This document shows, one piece after another, positions 32,040 through 42,147 of a stretch of 64,000 bases of DNA. Made by a program: the position numbers and the translations under genes. Origin of the DNA: Nitrospirota bacterium (GTDB taxonomy: Bacteria > Nitrospirota > UBA9217). The DNA lies in contig CAVUCU010000004.1 of the NCBI GenBank assembly GCA_963740085.1, positions 672,001-736,000 of the forward strand, in the 5' to 3' direction. The stretch's first letter is position 1. Every line of letters begins with the position of its first letter. The notes under the pieces are model-generated. The model saw only the letters and a program-made list of their open reading frames with translations. It had not been told where the DNA came from and ran no database searches.

Positions 32040-32816
32040 TCATTTCGTGAACCTCTGGAGCTTGTTCTGGATCTCGTAGAGTTTTATATATTTCATGAAC
32101 ACCGCGTGGGCTTCCATGACCGAGATCGTCAACCCCGCGATGCCGTCGGCAATGCCCAATCGAATGAAATACCGGTATAAAAATGCATAGAGCGGCCTCA
32201 GCGTAAAGTCGATGATGCGCGCCCTCCTCCCGTTTTTATAATGATCGGCTGCGGTAAGAGACGAGTAGTTGTTCTTTGTTGCTGCAAAATGTGCGATGTC
32301 CCGATAGATGTAGTGCAGGATATCGTTTTTCAACTTCTTCTTTCGCCCAGGCACCTTCACCTCGTCATGAGGCGCATATCCACCCCATTTGCACACGTCC
32401 TTCCGAAAAAGACGGATCTTGTAATCAGGATACCAGGCGGAATGATTGATCCACTGGCGCATGAAATAATGACGGCGGGGCATCTCATAGGCATCATAGG
32501 GGCTGTTCTCAATATCCAGTGCAAGGATCTCATCTCGTAACGCCGGAGTTACCCGTTCATCGGCGTCCAGATGCATTACCCAGACGTTCGAAGTCCTGTC
32601 CGTGGCAAACTGGCTCTGGGCGACGTGACCCAGCCACTTCTGGATGATGACCTTTTCGGTGAATTCCCTGGCTATGGCAACCGTTTTGTCGGTGCTGTTC
32701 GAGTCAACAACCACGATCTCATCAGCCCAGGAAACGCTTTCGAGGCATTCCCGGATGTTTTTCTCTTCGTTGAACGTCCGTATGGTTACGGATATGTTAT
32801 TCTTTTCTGTTTCCAT
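32040..32816 (-). CDS. Glycosyltransferase family 2 (KdtX/WaaE-like)
   Basis: TFNEE, VDSNSTDKT, LDADERV, WYPDYKIRLF. Confidence 0.9.
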   Translation of the reverse strand: METEKNNISVTIRTFNEEKNIRECLESVSWADEIVVVDSNSTDKTVAIAREFTEKVIIQKWLGHVAQSQFATDRTSNVWVMHLDADERVTPALRDEILALDIENSPYDAYEMPRRHYFMRQWINHSAWYPDYKIRLFRKDVCKWGGYAPHDEVKVPGRKKKLKNDILHYIYRDIAHFAATKNNYSSLTAADHYKNGRRARIIDFTLRPLYAFLYRYFIRLGIADGIAGLTISVMEAHAVFMKYIKLYEIQNKLQRFTK

Positions 32817-33025
32817 GCGGCATCTTTCAGATCTATCGCGTATTGTCAGGAATTAACCACAGCGCACACAGGGAAGAAATTGCATATATGGAAAAAGAAC
32901 TTCTGTGGCCGCACTTCCCCTCTACGCTCTTTTATTATCAGCACGCCTGTTTTTTTATCTACTCAGGTCAAATCAGGTCAAAATCTGTTAGCCGCGAATG
33001 GCCTGAAAAATGAACCGGCCACTTA

Positions 33026-33106
33026 GAGAAACACGCAAGGATCGCAGAGAGCGTTAAAACTGAAAGACATGGTTTCAGGTTTTTTCTTTGAGATCTTTGC
33101 GTTCTC
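33026..33106. repeat. Long imperfect intergenic inverted repeat built of about 9-nt units
   Basis: ACGCAAGGATCGCAGAG...AAAACTGAAA pairs with TTTCAGGTTTT...CTTTGAGATCTTTGCGT. Confidence 0.6.
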
Positions 33107-33290
33107 TTGCGGCCAATTGAGCAGTTACGTTTTTTCTTGCCGTTAAAACACGAGAGCACAGTGCAACTTACTGATAAAAAAACTCAACGTGTTTGGGTTT
33201 TCCCTGCCATTCCTCAATATCCTCTGTGGTGACATTTATTTTGTCCCTCTATCAAATCATCTAAATAATACCGGCATCCTCGATACGGGA

Positions 33291-34355
33291 CTAATGATAG
33301 CGGATTTTCATCACGATTGCACCCAGTTTCTTTACGAGTGCTTCGATGCACTCCTCAACAGTGATCTTCTTCATGCATTCATTATCAAGACACTTGTGCG
33401 GTTTGCAGGGATGGCAGGAGAGCCGCCTGGTTATTACAAGGTGACCGTCACCCCAGGGCCCCCATTTCCGCTCATCAGTAGGACCGAAGAGCGCGACCAC
33501 GGGAACACCGACAGCCGCGGCCATGTGCATGGGGCCTGAATCGACCCCGAAAAAAAGGTGTGCTTCGCGATATACGGAAAGATTGGCATGGAGGCCCATT
33601 GTCCCGCAAAGGTTCATGCCATTGAAAGGTCCGAGGCGCTCGATCTCCCGGTACAACGCGGCATCCGCCGATGCTCCGGTATAGATAAAGCGCGCGCCAT
33701 ATTGCTCCTTCAGAACCCTCATCACCGCCGCAAAACGGTCCAGAGGCCACTGCTTGGCAGGCAGGCTTGCCGCTGCATGGATGATTATCTTGAGGTCTTC
33801 CTTTTTCCAGCCGGCATCGGAAAATAGTTTACGGGCCTTTGCATCGTTTTCCGCAGAAGGCCAGAGTTCAAGTGCCGGTGAATGCACCGGGATATCAAGT
33901 ACCCGGAGGCAATCAAGGAAATTCTGCACCTCATGCTGGTCCTGCCTGTAGGGCACCGGATCGGTCAGCAGAAGCGTTCTCCCTTCAGTCGCAAAACCGA
34001 TGCGTCGCGGAATTCCAGTCGCACGGATAAGCAAGGCGCTCGAGAGAGACCTCTTGAGTGCAAATGCAGCGTCGTATCCTTCCTGTCTTAATAATTTCCA
34101 GTAATGAAGAAGGCCGGCCAGTTTGCCCCGCTGGGAAGAAGAGCTGTATTTGTGGATCGTTTTAAACTCGAACGGGATGACCCGGTCCACATAGGGACAG
34201 CCGGTGAGCACCTGGCCGGAGAATGGTTCGAGCATGAGATCGATGCTCGCCTCCGGAAAGGACTGGCGAAGGTTCCTGAGGAACGGGACCGTCAGGACCG
34301 TATCGCCGATAAAACGATAGCGCATGACGAGTATTTTTTTTGCTTTTAGATTCAT
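33291..34355 (-). CDS. waaF: LPS heptosyltransferase II (GT9)
   Basis: KILVMRYRFIGD, KQWP, DSGPMHMAAA, ALFGPT, CHPC; start placed at MNLKAKK. Confidence 0.85.
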   Translation of the reverse strand: MNLKAKKILVMRYRFIGDTVLTVPFLRNLRQSFPEASIDLMLEPFSGQVLTGCPYVDRVIPFEFKTIHKYSSSSQRGKLAGLLHYWKLLRQEGYDAAFALKRSLSSALLIRATGIPRRIGFATEGRTLLLTDPVPYRQDQHEVQNFLDCLRVLDIPVHSPALELWPSAENDAKARKLFSDAGWKKEDLKIIIHAAASLPAKQWPLDRFAAVMRVLKEQYGARFIYTGASADAALYREIERLGPFNGMNLCGTMGLHANLSVYREAHLFFGVDSGPMHMAAAVGVPVVALFGPTDERKWGPWGDGHLVITRRLSCHPCKPHKCLDNECMKKITVEECIEALVKKLGAIVMKIRYH

Positions 34356-34422
34356 GATGGATCTTGGTTCACGAACAATACGCTTGCGTTTCAGTGCTAA
34401 AAATGGACGTCTTGCGAGTCCA

Positions 34423-35001
34423 TCAGTCTTTTGTGATCCTTTGAATGATCCACTCAGCCGCTTCGAGGATGGTGCGCGCGACAAAGTCAGGGTCGCTGAT
34501 GTGCCCGGGGCGGATATTCCCGGGATCATCGGGAGCGAATCCGGATTGCACCAGGATCGAGTGCGCGCCCGCGCGTTGCCCGAGCTCCACGTCGCTCCAC
34601 TTATCCCCGACTACGAAGGATTTTTTTACGTCAATATCGAGGTCCCGCGCCGCGCGGTCGATCAACCCGGTGCCGGGCTTTCTGCAGTCGCATGCGACGG
34701 TATAACTCGACGTACCCGCTGTCGGATGGTGGGGACAATAATACACCGCATCGATCCGCGCCCCTTCCTCTCGAAGCATCCGATCAAGACGCTCATGAGC
34801 GTCATGGACCATCGATTCGGTGAAATATCCACGGGCCACCCCGGACTGATTGGTCACCAGCACTACCTTCAATCCGGCCTCATTGAGCAGTCTGATCGCC
34901 GCGCCAGCGCCGTCAATGAGCCGAAGATCGGCAACGTCGCGCAAATACCCTACCTCTACGTTCACGGTGCCGTCCCGGTCGAGAAATACCGCTCTAAGCA
35001 T
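34423..35001 (-). CDS. gmhB: D-glycero-D-manno-heptose 1,7-bisphosphate phosphatase
   Basis: AVFLDRDGT, VTNQSGVARG, CPHHP, CDCRKPGTG, VGDK. Confidence 0.93.
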   Translation of the reverse strand: MLRAVFLDRDGTVNVEVGYLRDVADLRLIDGAGAAIRLLNEAGLKVVLVTNQSGVARGYFTESMVHDAHERLDRMLREEGARIDAVYYCPHHPTAGTSSYTVACDCRKPGTGLIDRAARDLDIDVKKSFVVGDKWSDVELGQRAGAHSILVQSGFAPDDPGNIRPGHISDPDFVARTILEAAEWIIQRITKD

Positions 35002-36076
35002 TTTTTAGTCCCTCGAGGAGAAACGTTTCCCATTCATCGTGTTCCGTTACGATCAGTTCGATCCTGAGCGCCCATACACCCTCAGCGTGCAGTCTCTTTA
35101 ACCGTATTGCGTCCTTTTCCGTGGTAACGATCATACTGATCTTTTCATCCGCCGCTTTCTGATAAACCGCCGCCAAATCGGATTTTTGATAGTCGAAGTG
35201 GTCAGGATAGGTACAGGTCACGGCAATGTCCGCACCGAGTGATTTGAGCAGCAGGGTGAAAGAATCCGGATTCGCAATACCGGAAAGGGCGAGAACCGTC
35301 GAGCCGCGTAAAACGGCAAGTGGTTTTATATCAGAGCTCCGATAATCGATCAAATCCACCGGGACCTGTCGTGAGGTAAAGATCGGGGACCGGGTGTGCT
35401 GTCGAATGGTCTCTTTCAACCTCGCCACATCCACGGTAGTGTCCGTTTTGGTGATCAGAACAGCTTGGGCCCGTTTGAGTGCATGAATCGGCTCCCGCAA
35501 AATGCCGGCGGGAAACAGCTTGCCGTTCCCAAAGGGATTCCCGGCATCCAAAAGCACGATATCAAGCGCCCTCTTTAACTGGGTATGCTGGAACCCGTCA
35601 TCGAGGAGCACGACGTCCGGGCTGAATCGTTGTAAGGCACCCAGCGCCGCCTTATACCGCTTGCGGCCGACAACAACGGGTGTGCCGGGCAGCTTTGATC
35701 CGATCATCACTGGTTCGTCGCCTCCGATTTGGGCATCAACAAGGACCGTGTGGCCGTCGGATACTACGATTATCTCCGCATCATCATTTCTTCCGTATCC
35801 CCTGCTGACAACAACCACCCGCCGGTTGTTCCTCGACAACAATTGCGCGACCTGAATGACGGTCGGAGTTTTGCCCGTTCCGCCAAGGGTCAGATTCCCG
35901 ACCGAGATGACCGGGCACGATATTTCCCTTCGTTTGAATATATGAAGTCCGAAGAATAACCGGCGCAGATAAACAGCCGCCCCGTAGATCACGGAAAGCG
36001 CGGACAGGATGACACCCCAGAAGGGGGACGTCCTTTTCCCGCGCATTAGATCTTCAAAGTATGACTTACTGAGCAA
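34994..36076 (-). CDS. lpxK: Tetraacyldisaccharide 4'-kinase
   Basis: VISVGNLTLGGTGKTP, SRGYG, GDEP, LDDGFQH, PAGILREP, TTEKD. Confidence 0.96.
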   Translation of the reverse strand: MLSKSYFEDLMRGKRTSPFWGVILSALSVIYGAAVYLRRLFFGLHIFKRREISCPVISVGNLTLGGTGKTPTVIQVAQLLSRNNRRVVVVSRGYGRNDDAEIIVVSDGHTVLVDAQIGGDEPVMIGSKLPGTPVVVGRKRYKAALGALQRFSPDVVLLDDGFQHTQLKRALDIVLLDAGNPFGNGKLFPAGILREPIHALKRAQAVLITKTDTTVDVARLKETIRQHTRSPIFTSRQVPVDLIDYRSSDIKPLAVLRGSTVLALSGIANPDSFTLLLKSLGADIAVTCTYPDHFDYQKSDLAAVYQKAADEKISMIVTTEKDAIRLKRLHAEGVWALRIELIVTEHDEWETFLLEGLKNA

Positions 36077-37328
36077 CGATCAGCCTTCCAACGGCATCTA
36101 TGGTTTTCTGTGCAGCACCCGAATTCATCTCGATCACGCTGAATGCCCGCTCTCCCATATTCCTCGCGAGTTCCTTATCGGACAGAAGGTTGTCGATCTG
36201 AACATAAAGCTCTGTCTTATCTTTTACCATGATCCCCCCGCCTGCCGAAAGCAATGCTTCAGAAATCTCTTTAAAATTAAACATGTAACGGCTGAAGATA
36301 ACAGGTTTCTTCATTGCAGCAGGCTCAAGGAGATTATGACCGCCGACCTTCACGAGGCTGCCCCCGACAAATGCGATGTCACAGAGGGAATAGAACGACC
36401 GGAGCTCTCCGATCGTATCGAGGAGCAGCACGTCCTTGAGCCGGCCTTTCAGCATCGTTCTCCGCTGGCAATCATACCCGGCCTTGTTGATGAGACTTTC
36501 CACTTCATCGAATCGTTCTGGATGGCGCGGGGCGATGATGAGCAGAAGATCGGGATATTTTTTCCTGAGCAGCTTGAAGACATAGAGGAGCGCGGCCTCT
36601 TCCCCCCGGTGGGTGCTTCCCGCCGTGATGACCCTTGCTCCGGATGCAATGGGGAACGGGGCGGACGCGATCACCGGCAACTTCTGGTCGAACTTGAGGT
36701 TTCCGGTTACCATGACCTTTTCCGGATCAGCCCCGATGTCCTTGATCCTCATGGCGTCAGCCTCCGACTGCATGCAGAAGAGGGTAACGTTGTCAAAAAC
36801 CTGGCTGAAAAATGCCTTGAACTTCCGGTAATTTCTGCTCGAATTGGGCGAGATCCTTCCGTTGATCACTGCGGAGGGTATCCCGGCGCGTTTCAGTTCG
36901 CGAAAGAAATTAGGCCATAATTCGGTTTCAGCCACCAGCACGATCTGGGGATTGATGCCCCGTATTACCCTGCGAACAATGTACGGGAAATCGAAGGGGA
37001 AGTAGAAGACCGCATCCGCTTCAGGCACTCTCCGGCGCGCCGTGTAATTGCCGGTGACCGTTACCGTCGAGAGGATCAGCTTCCGGTGAGGGTACTTCTT
37101 TTTGAGCTCACGAATGAGCGGATGCGCGGCCATAACCTCGCCAACCGAAACAGCATGGACCCAGATGGGACGGCTGCCCTTGATCGTCTTCATTACACCT
37201 TTGCGCAGACGGCCGAGTTTCTGGGTCATACCCCCGCGGTACTTGGGCACGGTGATCAGCTTGAACAGGATCGCCGGAAGCAGCAGCACGGTCGCTATGA
37301 TCAGAAGCAGGTTGTAGAGAATATACAT
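36066..37328 (-). CDS. waaA: Kdo transferase
   Basis: IWVHAVSVGE, ETELWPN, TGNLKFD, GSTHRGEE, APRHPER, GGHNLLEPA. Confidence 0.96.
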   Translation of the reverse strand: MYILYNLLLIIATVLLLPAILFKLITVPKYRGGMTQKLGRLRKGVMKTIKGSRPIWVHAVSVGEVMAAHPLIRELKKKYPHRKLILSTVTVTGNYTARRRVPEADAVFYFPFDFPYIVRRVIRGINPQIVLVAETELWPNFFRELKRAGIPSAVINGRISPNSSRNYRKFKAFFSQVFDNVTLFCMQSEADAMRIKDIGADPEKVMVTGNLKFDQKLPVIASAPFPIASGARVITAGSTHRGEEAALLYVFKLLRKKYPDLLLIIAPRHPERFDEVESLINKAGYDCQRRTMLKGRLKDVLLLDTIGELRSFYSLCDIAFVGGSLVKVGGHNLLEPAAMKKPVIFSRYMFNFKEISEALLSAGGGIMVKDKTELYVQIDNLLSDKELARNMGERAFSVIEMNSGAAQKTIDAVGRLIVAQ

Positions 37329-37455
37329 GATGTACTACCTCACAAAAAATAACCATGAACCGGCAATGAAACCCGTTTCGTCTTGCGGGAATGGTGTTCG
37401 TGCCTGATCGCGCTGAGCCGGCGTTCGACGCCTCATATACGTGCATCGCAATCGA

Positions 37456-38100
37456 TTATCTGCTTGCGAAATAATCATCCGCCTGCGCCATCAGCCTGTT
37501 CAGCGCAGCCTCCAATTCCTTGCATTTCTTCTCGAGCTCTTCCGCACCTATTCCCTTCACGATGATCGGCTCGCCGTACAGGACGACTCCGCTGGTGAAC
37601 GGCTTCGGGAGCATATACCTGTCCCAGATCTTATCGAGGATCCAATAGCTCTTTGCACTCGTGCACACGGGAACGATCTGCTTGTCCAGTTTGCCCGCCA
37701 TATACGTTACGCCCTGTTTTGCCTCGTAGATGGGGCCTCGCGGACCATCCACCGCAAGCGCGAGATCTTTTCCTTTTCGAAGCCTGTCGACCAGTCCCAG
37801 GAGCGCGCGGTCCCCCTTCCGCTTGCTCGAACCGCGGACAACATCGAAGCCGAACCACTTCAGGATGCCCGCCTGGATCTCGCCGTCACGGCTTTCACTG
37901 GCAGGAATGACGACCCCGGTATTCCGGTGACTATGGAATAGTATAAACTGCCTCCCGTGCCAGAAGGCATAGATAAAGTTCTTCCCCTCCGATTTAAGCC
38001 GATCGGGGATCTCCTTATGAACGAACTGTATCCGCAGCGTCCTGCTCCAGACCGAAAGCAGGATCGAGCCGATGAAGGATAGTATCCTTGCCCTGAACAT
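37456..38100 (-). CDS. DUF374 / lysophospholipid acyltransferase family protein (LpxJ-like)
   Basis: AFWHGRQ, SESRDGE, VRGSS, AVDGPRGP, WDRYMLPKPF. Confidence 0.85.
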   Translation of the reverse strand: MFRARILSFIGSILLSVWSRTLRIQFVHKEIPDRLKSEGKNFIYAFWHGRQFILFHSHRNTGVVIPASESRDGEIQAGILKWFGFDVVRGSSKRKGDRALLGLVDRLRKGKDLALAVDGPRGPIYEAKQGVTYMAGKLDKQIVPVCTSAKSYWILDKIWDRYMLPKPFTSGVVLYGEPIIVKGIGAEELEKKCKELEAALNRLMAQADDYFASR

Positions 38101-39851
38101 TACACCGTCCTTGCCGGCGTTTCGTCGCGAAATTGCCTCTCGTACAGGTTCTTATATTCACCGCCCCGTGCGATGAGGTCCTCATGCCTGCCCTGCTCCA
38201 CGATCCTGCCGTCCTTCAGCACGATGATCCGGTCCGCGTTCATGATGGTCGAAAGACGGTGGGCGATCACGAAGCTCGTCCTGCCTTTCATGAGCATGTC
38301 GAGGGCGTTCTGCACTTCCCGCTCGGACTGCGTATCAAGCGAGGACGTGGCCTCATCGAGAATGAGAATGGGAGCGTTTTTGAGCAATGCCCTGGCGATC
38401 GCGATCCGCTGGCGCTGGCCTCCCGAGAGCTTGACGCCCGACTCGCCGATAACGGTGTCGTATCCCAGGGGAAGCGCCCGGATAAAGTCTTCGGCATAGG
38501 CTGACCGCGCCGCGCTGATAATGTCCTCTAAGGGTTTTCCGGTATCTCCGTAGGCTATATTGTCCTTCACGGTGTCGTTGAATAAGAACGTCTGCTGCGT
38601 AACGATGGCGGTCAGCGATCTGAGGGATTCGATCGACAGGTCGCGAATATCCCTGCCGTCGATCAGGATCGAGCCGCCGGTGACATCGTAAAAACGGGGG
38701 ATGAGGTTCACGAAGGTCGTTTTGCCTCCGCCGCTCTTGCCCACGATGGCGATCGTCTCCCCTGCTTTCACGGTCAGATCGATGTTCTTCAACACCATCT
38801 CGTCTTCATATTTGAAGATAAGGTCCCGGAACTCTATTGTCTTGAAATCGCGGGATACAGAAAGCGCTTCTTTCCGGTTCTTGATCTCCGGCCGGGTGTC
38901 GAGAACCTCAAAGATGCGATGGGCGGCGGCAATGCCGTCCTGGACCGTGTTGTTCACACCGTTCAGGTCCCTCAGCGGGCGGTAGAAGAAAACGAGCGCC
39001 GCCATAAAAGAAAAGAAATCGCCAACCGTCATGACGCCCTTGGTGATATAGTAAAGGCCGAAGAGAATAACAAGGGATGTCCCGAGTATGGAGATCACCT
39101 CCATGACGGGGTGAGAGATCGCGCCGGTCTTGATCGCGCGCATCAGTGAGTTGAAAAGGTTCTTGTTCTTTTCGGCGAACCGAGCACTCTCGTATTCCTC
39201 CCTGCCGAACGCCTTGACGATCCGGATACCCCCGATGGTCTCATGGAGGTGTGTCGTGAGAACACCGATCTGCTCCTGCATCTGCGTGCTCGCTGTTCTG
39301 AATCGTTTGCTGAATTTTGAGAGCGCAAAGCCGGCAAGGGGAAGCACGATGATCGAAAAAACGGCGAGCCGCCAGTTGAGATAGAGGATATATCCGGTAA
39401 GCGCGATCATGGTGAAGATGCCCTGCACCAGACTCGACGGCGCCCTGGTGAGCGCGCCTTGCACCAGGTTCACGTCGTTGATGATGCGGGAGATGATGAC
39501 GCCGGTCGGCGTCCGGGTGAAATACGAGAAGGACAGGGACTCGACGTGCGTATAGAGTTGATCGCGGATGTCATTCACGACCCTCTGTCCGACCCAGCCC
39601 ATCATGTAGTCCCGGGCATAGGCCGCGCCGCCTTTCAGAATGGTCACGAGGACGAGCGCGGGAGGGAGATAGAGGCCGAGATCCATGTTCTTTGCCAGGA
39701 TCACCTTGTCCAGCACAGGCTTTACCAGATAGGCCTGCGCCGAGATCAGCACGCTGGTAAGGCCCATAAAGAACACGGACCAGCCGATCCTCGCCTTGTA
39801 GGGCTTCAGATAGGTGAAGAGCCTTTTGTAGATTTTCAGGTCTTTTTTCAT
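38100..39851 (-). CDS. msbA: Lipid A-core flippase ABC transporter
   Basis: TMD plus GKSGGGKT, LSGGQRQR, LDEATSSLD; lies between lpxB and waaA. Confidence 0.92.
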   Translation of the reverse strand: MKKDLKIYKRLFTYLKPYKARIGWSVFFMGLTSVLISAQAYLVKPVLDKVILAKNMDLGLYLPPALVLVTILKGGAAYARDYMMGWVGQRVVNDIRDQLYTHVESLSFSYFTRTPTGVIISRIINDVNLVQGALTRAPSSLVQGIFTMIALTGYILYLNWRLAVFSIIVLPLAGFALSKFSKRFRTASTQMQEQIGVLTTHLHETIGGIRIVKAFGREEYESARFAEKNKNLFNSLMRAIKTGAISHPVMEVISILGTSLVILFGLYYITKGVMTVGDFFSFMAALVFFYRPLRDLNGVNNTVQDGIAAAHRIFEVLDTRPEIKNRKEALSVSRDFKTIEFRDLIFKYEDEMVLKNIDLTVKAGETIAIVGKSGGGKTTFVNLIPRFYDVTGGSILIDGRDIRDLSIESLRSLTAIVTQQTFLFNDTVKDNIAYGDTGKPLEDIISAARSAYAEDFIRALPLGYDTVIGESGVKLSGGQRQRIAIARALLKNAPILILDEATSSLDTQSEREVQNALDMLMKGRTSFVIAHRLSTIMNADRIIVLKDGRIVEQGRHEDLIARGGEYKNLYERQFRDETPARTV

Positions 39852-40987
39852 GTCGCAAGCAAATCCCTGACGACTGCTGCGGCCCGCGCTGACGCGCCGG
39901 CATCTCCAAGCCGCTTCCGCACACCATCGAGACCCGAGCGGATCCGATCATAATAGACAGGATCGATCAGCATCCTGGCAACGGCATCGGCCATGTGCTG
40001 CGGCGTCGATTCCTTCTGGATCAGCTCGGGAACCAGCCGTTCGTCCGCTACGATATTCACCAGGCCTACATGTTTCAATCCGGCATGCACCAGCCTTCTG
40101 AGGATAGCGTATGTTATGGCCGATATGCGATACACGATCACCATCGGTATCGCCATAAGACCTGTTTCAAGTGTGGCCGTACCGGAGGCGACGATCGCGG
40201 CGTCCGATGCCCGCAACGCGTCGTATACCCTCCCCTCGATCACTCGGACAGGGACACCGCTCTGCTCCATGAACGTGCGTACGAAGCCCTGGTCCAGCGT
40301 CGGTGCAACGGGAAGAATGAACTGCAGGTCCTGAAACCGGGTCGAGAGTATTTTTGCGGCAGCAAGCATGTCGGGAAGGAGATGCGTCAGTTCCGATCTT
40401 CTGCTGCCCGGCAGCAGAGCGATGGTGCGCCGGGATCCCTCAAGGCCGAACGCGCTCTTCGCCTGTTCCTTCGTAAGGTCCGATCGCACTACGTCCGTGA
40501 GCGGATGGCCCACAAACCGGACGTCAACGCCCGCCTTCTCGTAGAGCGGCACTTCGAAGGGAAATACGACGATCATTGCCTTTACCAGCCGTGCGATCGT
40601 CTTGATCCTGCCTTTTCTCCAGACCCACACCTGGGGGCTTATGTAATAGAGAACCGGGATGCCGAGCCTTTGGGCCGCCTTGCCGAGCATGATATTAAAG
40701 TCAGGGAAATCGATCAGGACGAGGAGGTCGGGCCGCTCGTTCTTCAGAAAACGTTTCAAGGCTGAATAGACCCGGTAGATCGCGCCGAGATGGGTCAGCA
40801 CCTCGGTGATCCCGACGACCGAGATCTCCTTTGCGTCGGCAAGCATCCGGACGCCGGCCCCCTGCATCTGCTTGCTGCCGACGCCGTAAATAACCATCCC
40901 GGGGTCCTGCTTCCAGATCTCCCGTGCGAGGTTTGCGCCATGCAGATCGCCGGATGCCTCCCCCGACATGATCATGATCTTCTTCAT
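39848..40987 (-). CDS. lpxB: Lipid A disaccharide synthase
   Basis: GEASGDLHG, IDFPDFN, YISPQVW, VGHPL, LLPGSR, SGTATLE. Confidence 0.97.
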   Translation of the reverse strand: MKKIMIMSGEASGDLHGANLAREIWKQDPGMVIYGVGSKQMQGAGVRMLADAKEISVVGITEVLTHLGAIYRVYSALKRFLKNERPDLLVLIDFPDFNIMLGKAAQRLGIPVLYYISPQVWVWRKGRIKTIARLVKAMIVVFPFEVPLYEKAGVDVRFVGHPLTDVVRSDLTKEQAKSAFGLEGSRRTIALLPGSRRSELTHLLPDMLAAAKILSTRFQDLQFILPVAPTLDQGFVRTFMEQSGVPVRVIEGRVYDALRASDAAIVASGTATLETGLMAIPMVIVYRISAITYAILRRLVHAGLKHVGLVNIVADERLVPELIQKESTPQHMADAVARMLIDPVYYDRIRSGLDGVRKRLGDAGASARAAAVVRDLLAT

Positions 40988-41028
40988 ACCGTTCTTCTGA
41001 TTTCTGTCTCCTGACCACTGACCCGGTT

Positions 41029-42129
41029 CTACAGCGCCTTTTTCACAGCGTCAGCCACTTTTTTGATCTGCTCCTCCGTCAGTTCGGGATACAGGGGAAG
41101 CGATAACACCTCGCGCGCAGCCTGCTCGGCGACGGGCAGGCTCCCGGGCTTCATGCCAAGGTCCCTGTATGCGGCCTGCATATGCAGCGGAACGGGATAA
41201 TAGATCATGGATGAGGTTATCCTCCCCGCATCCAGCTTCTGCTTCACCGCATCCCGGTTCTTGACCCTGACCGTGTACTGGTGAAAGACATGCCGTGTCC
41301 CGCCCAGTTCCGACGGTGTCCGGATCCCCGAGTCGGCGAGGTCTTTTGAATAAAGCGCGGCATTGTTCCTTCGCATGGTGTTGTACGCATCGATATGCTT
41401 GAACTTGATCCGGATGATCGCGGCCTGGATCTCATCGAGCCGGCTGTTAAACCCGACCTCTTCGTGGTAATATCGCACCGCGCTGCCGTGGTTCCTCAGG
41501 CTCAGCAGATGCTCTGCAAAAGCACTATCATCGGTGGTCACCATGCCGCCGTCGCCATACCCGCCGAGATTCTTGCTCGGGAAAAAGCTGAAGCAGCCGA
41601 GATCACCGATGGCGCCGGTCTTCTTTCCCCGGTATTCCGCTCCAAAGGACTGCGCGCAGTCCTCGATGATCCTGAGATTGTGCTTCTTTGCGAGCCCCAT
41701 AAGCGCATTCATGTCCGCGGGCTGTCCGTAAAGATGCACCGGGATTACGGCCTTTGTTTTTCCGGTGATCGCAGGCCCGATCTTTGAAATATCGATGTTG
41801 AACGAATCAGGATCGATGTCCACGAAGACCGGCACCGCGCCGGCATAGGATATCGCCTCGGCCGTTGCGATGAAGGTGAAGGGCGTGGTGATCACCTCAT
41901 CACCCCGTTTGATCCCAGCGGCAAGCAGCGCAAGATGCAGGGCATCCGTGCCGGAAGCAACAGCCACGGCATGTTTCACACCGTGATAGCGCGCGATCTC
42001 CTCTTCAAGCGCCTTGCCCTGCGGGCCAAGGATAAAATGGCCGCTCTGTATTACGCCGAGAACAGCGTTGTTGATCTCGTCCTTGATCGCTTCGTACTGG
42101 ACCTTGAGGTCGACCATCGGTATCGTCAT
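41029..42129 (-). CDS. gnnB: DegT/DnrJ/EryC1/StrS aminotransferase, probable UDP-3-keto-GlcNAc transaminase
   Basis: SGTDAL, PVHLYGQ, EDCAQ, SFFPSKNLGGYGDGG, NSRLDE; located between lpxA/lpxI and lpxB. Confidence 0.78.
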   Translation of the reverse strand: MTIPMVDLKVQYEAIKDEINNAVLGVIQSGHFILGPQGKALEEEIARYHGVKHAVAVASGTDALHLALLAAGIKRGDEVITTPFTFIATAEAISYAGAVPVFVDIDPDSFNIDISKIGPAITGKTKAVIPVHLYGQPADMNALMGLAKKHNLRIIEDCAQSFGAEYRGKKTGAIGDLGCFSFFPSKNLGGYGDGGMVTTDDSAFAEHLLSLRNHGSAVRYYHEEVGFNSRLDEIQAAIIRIKFKHIDAYNTMRRNNAALYSKDLADSGIRTPSELGGTRHVFHQYTVRVKNRDAVKQKLDAGRITSSMIYYPVPLHMQAAYRDLGMKPGSLPVAEQAAREVLSLPLYPELTEEQIKKVADAVKKAL

Positions 42130-42147
42130 ACTCAGGGGAACTCCTCT

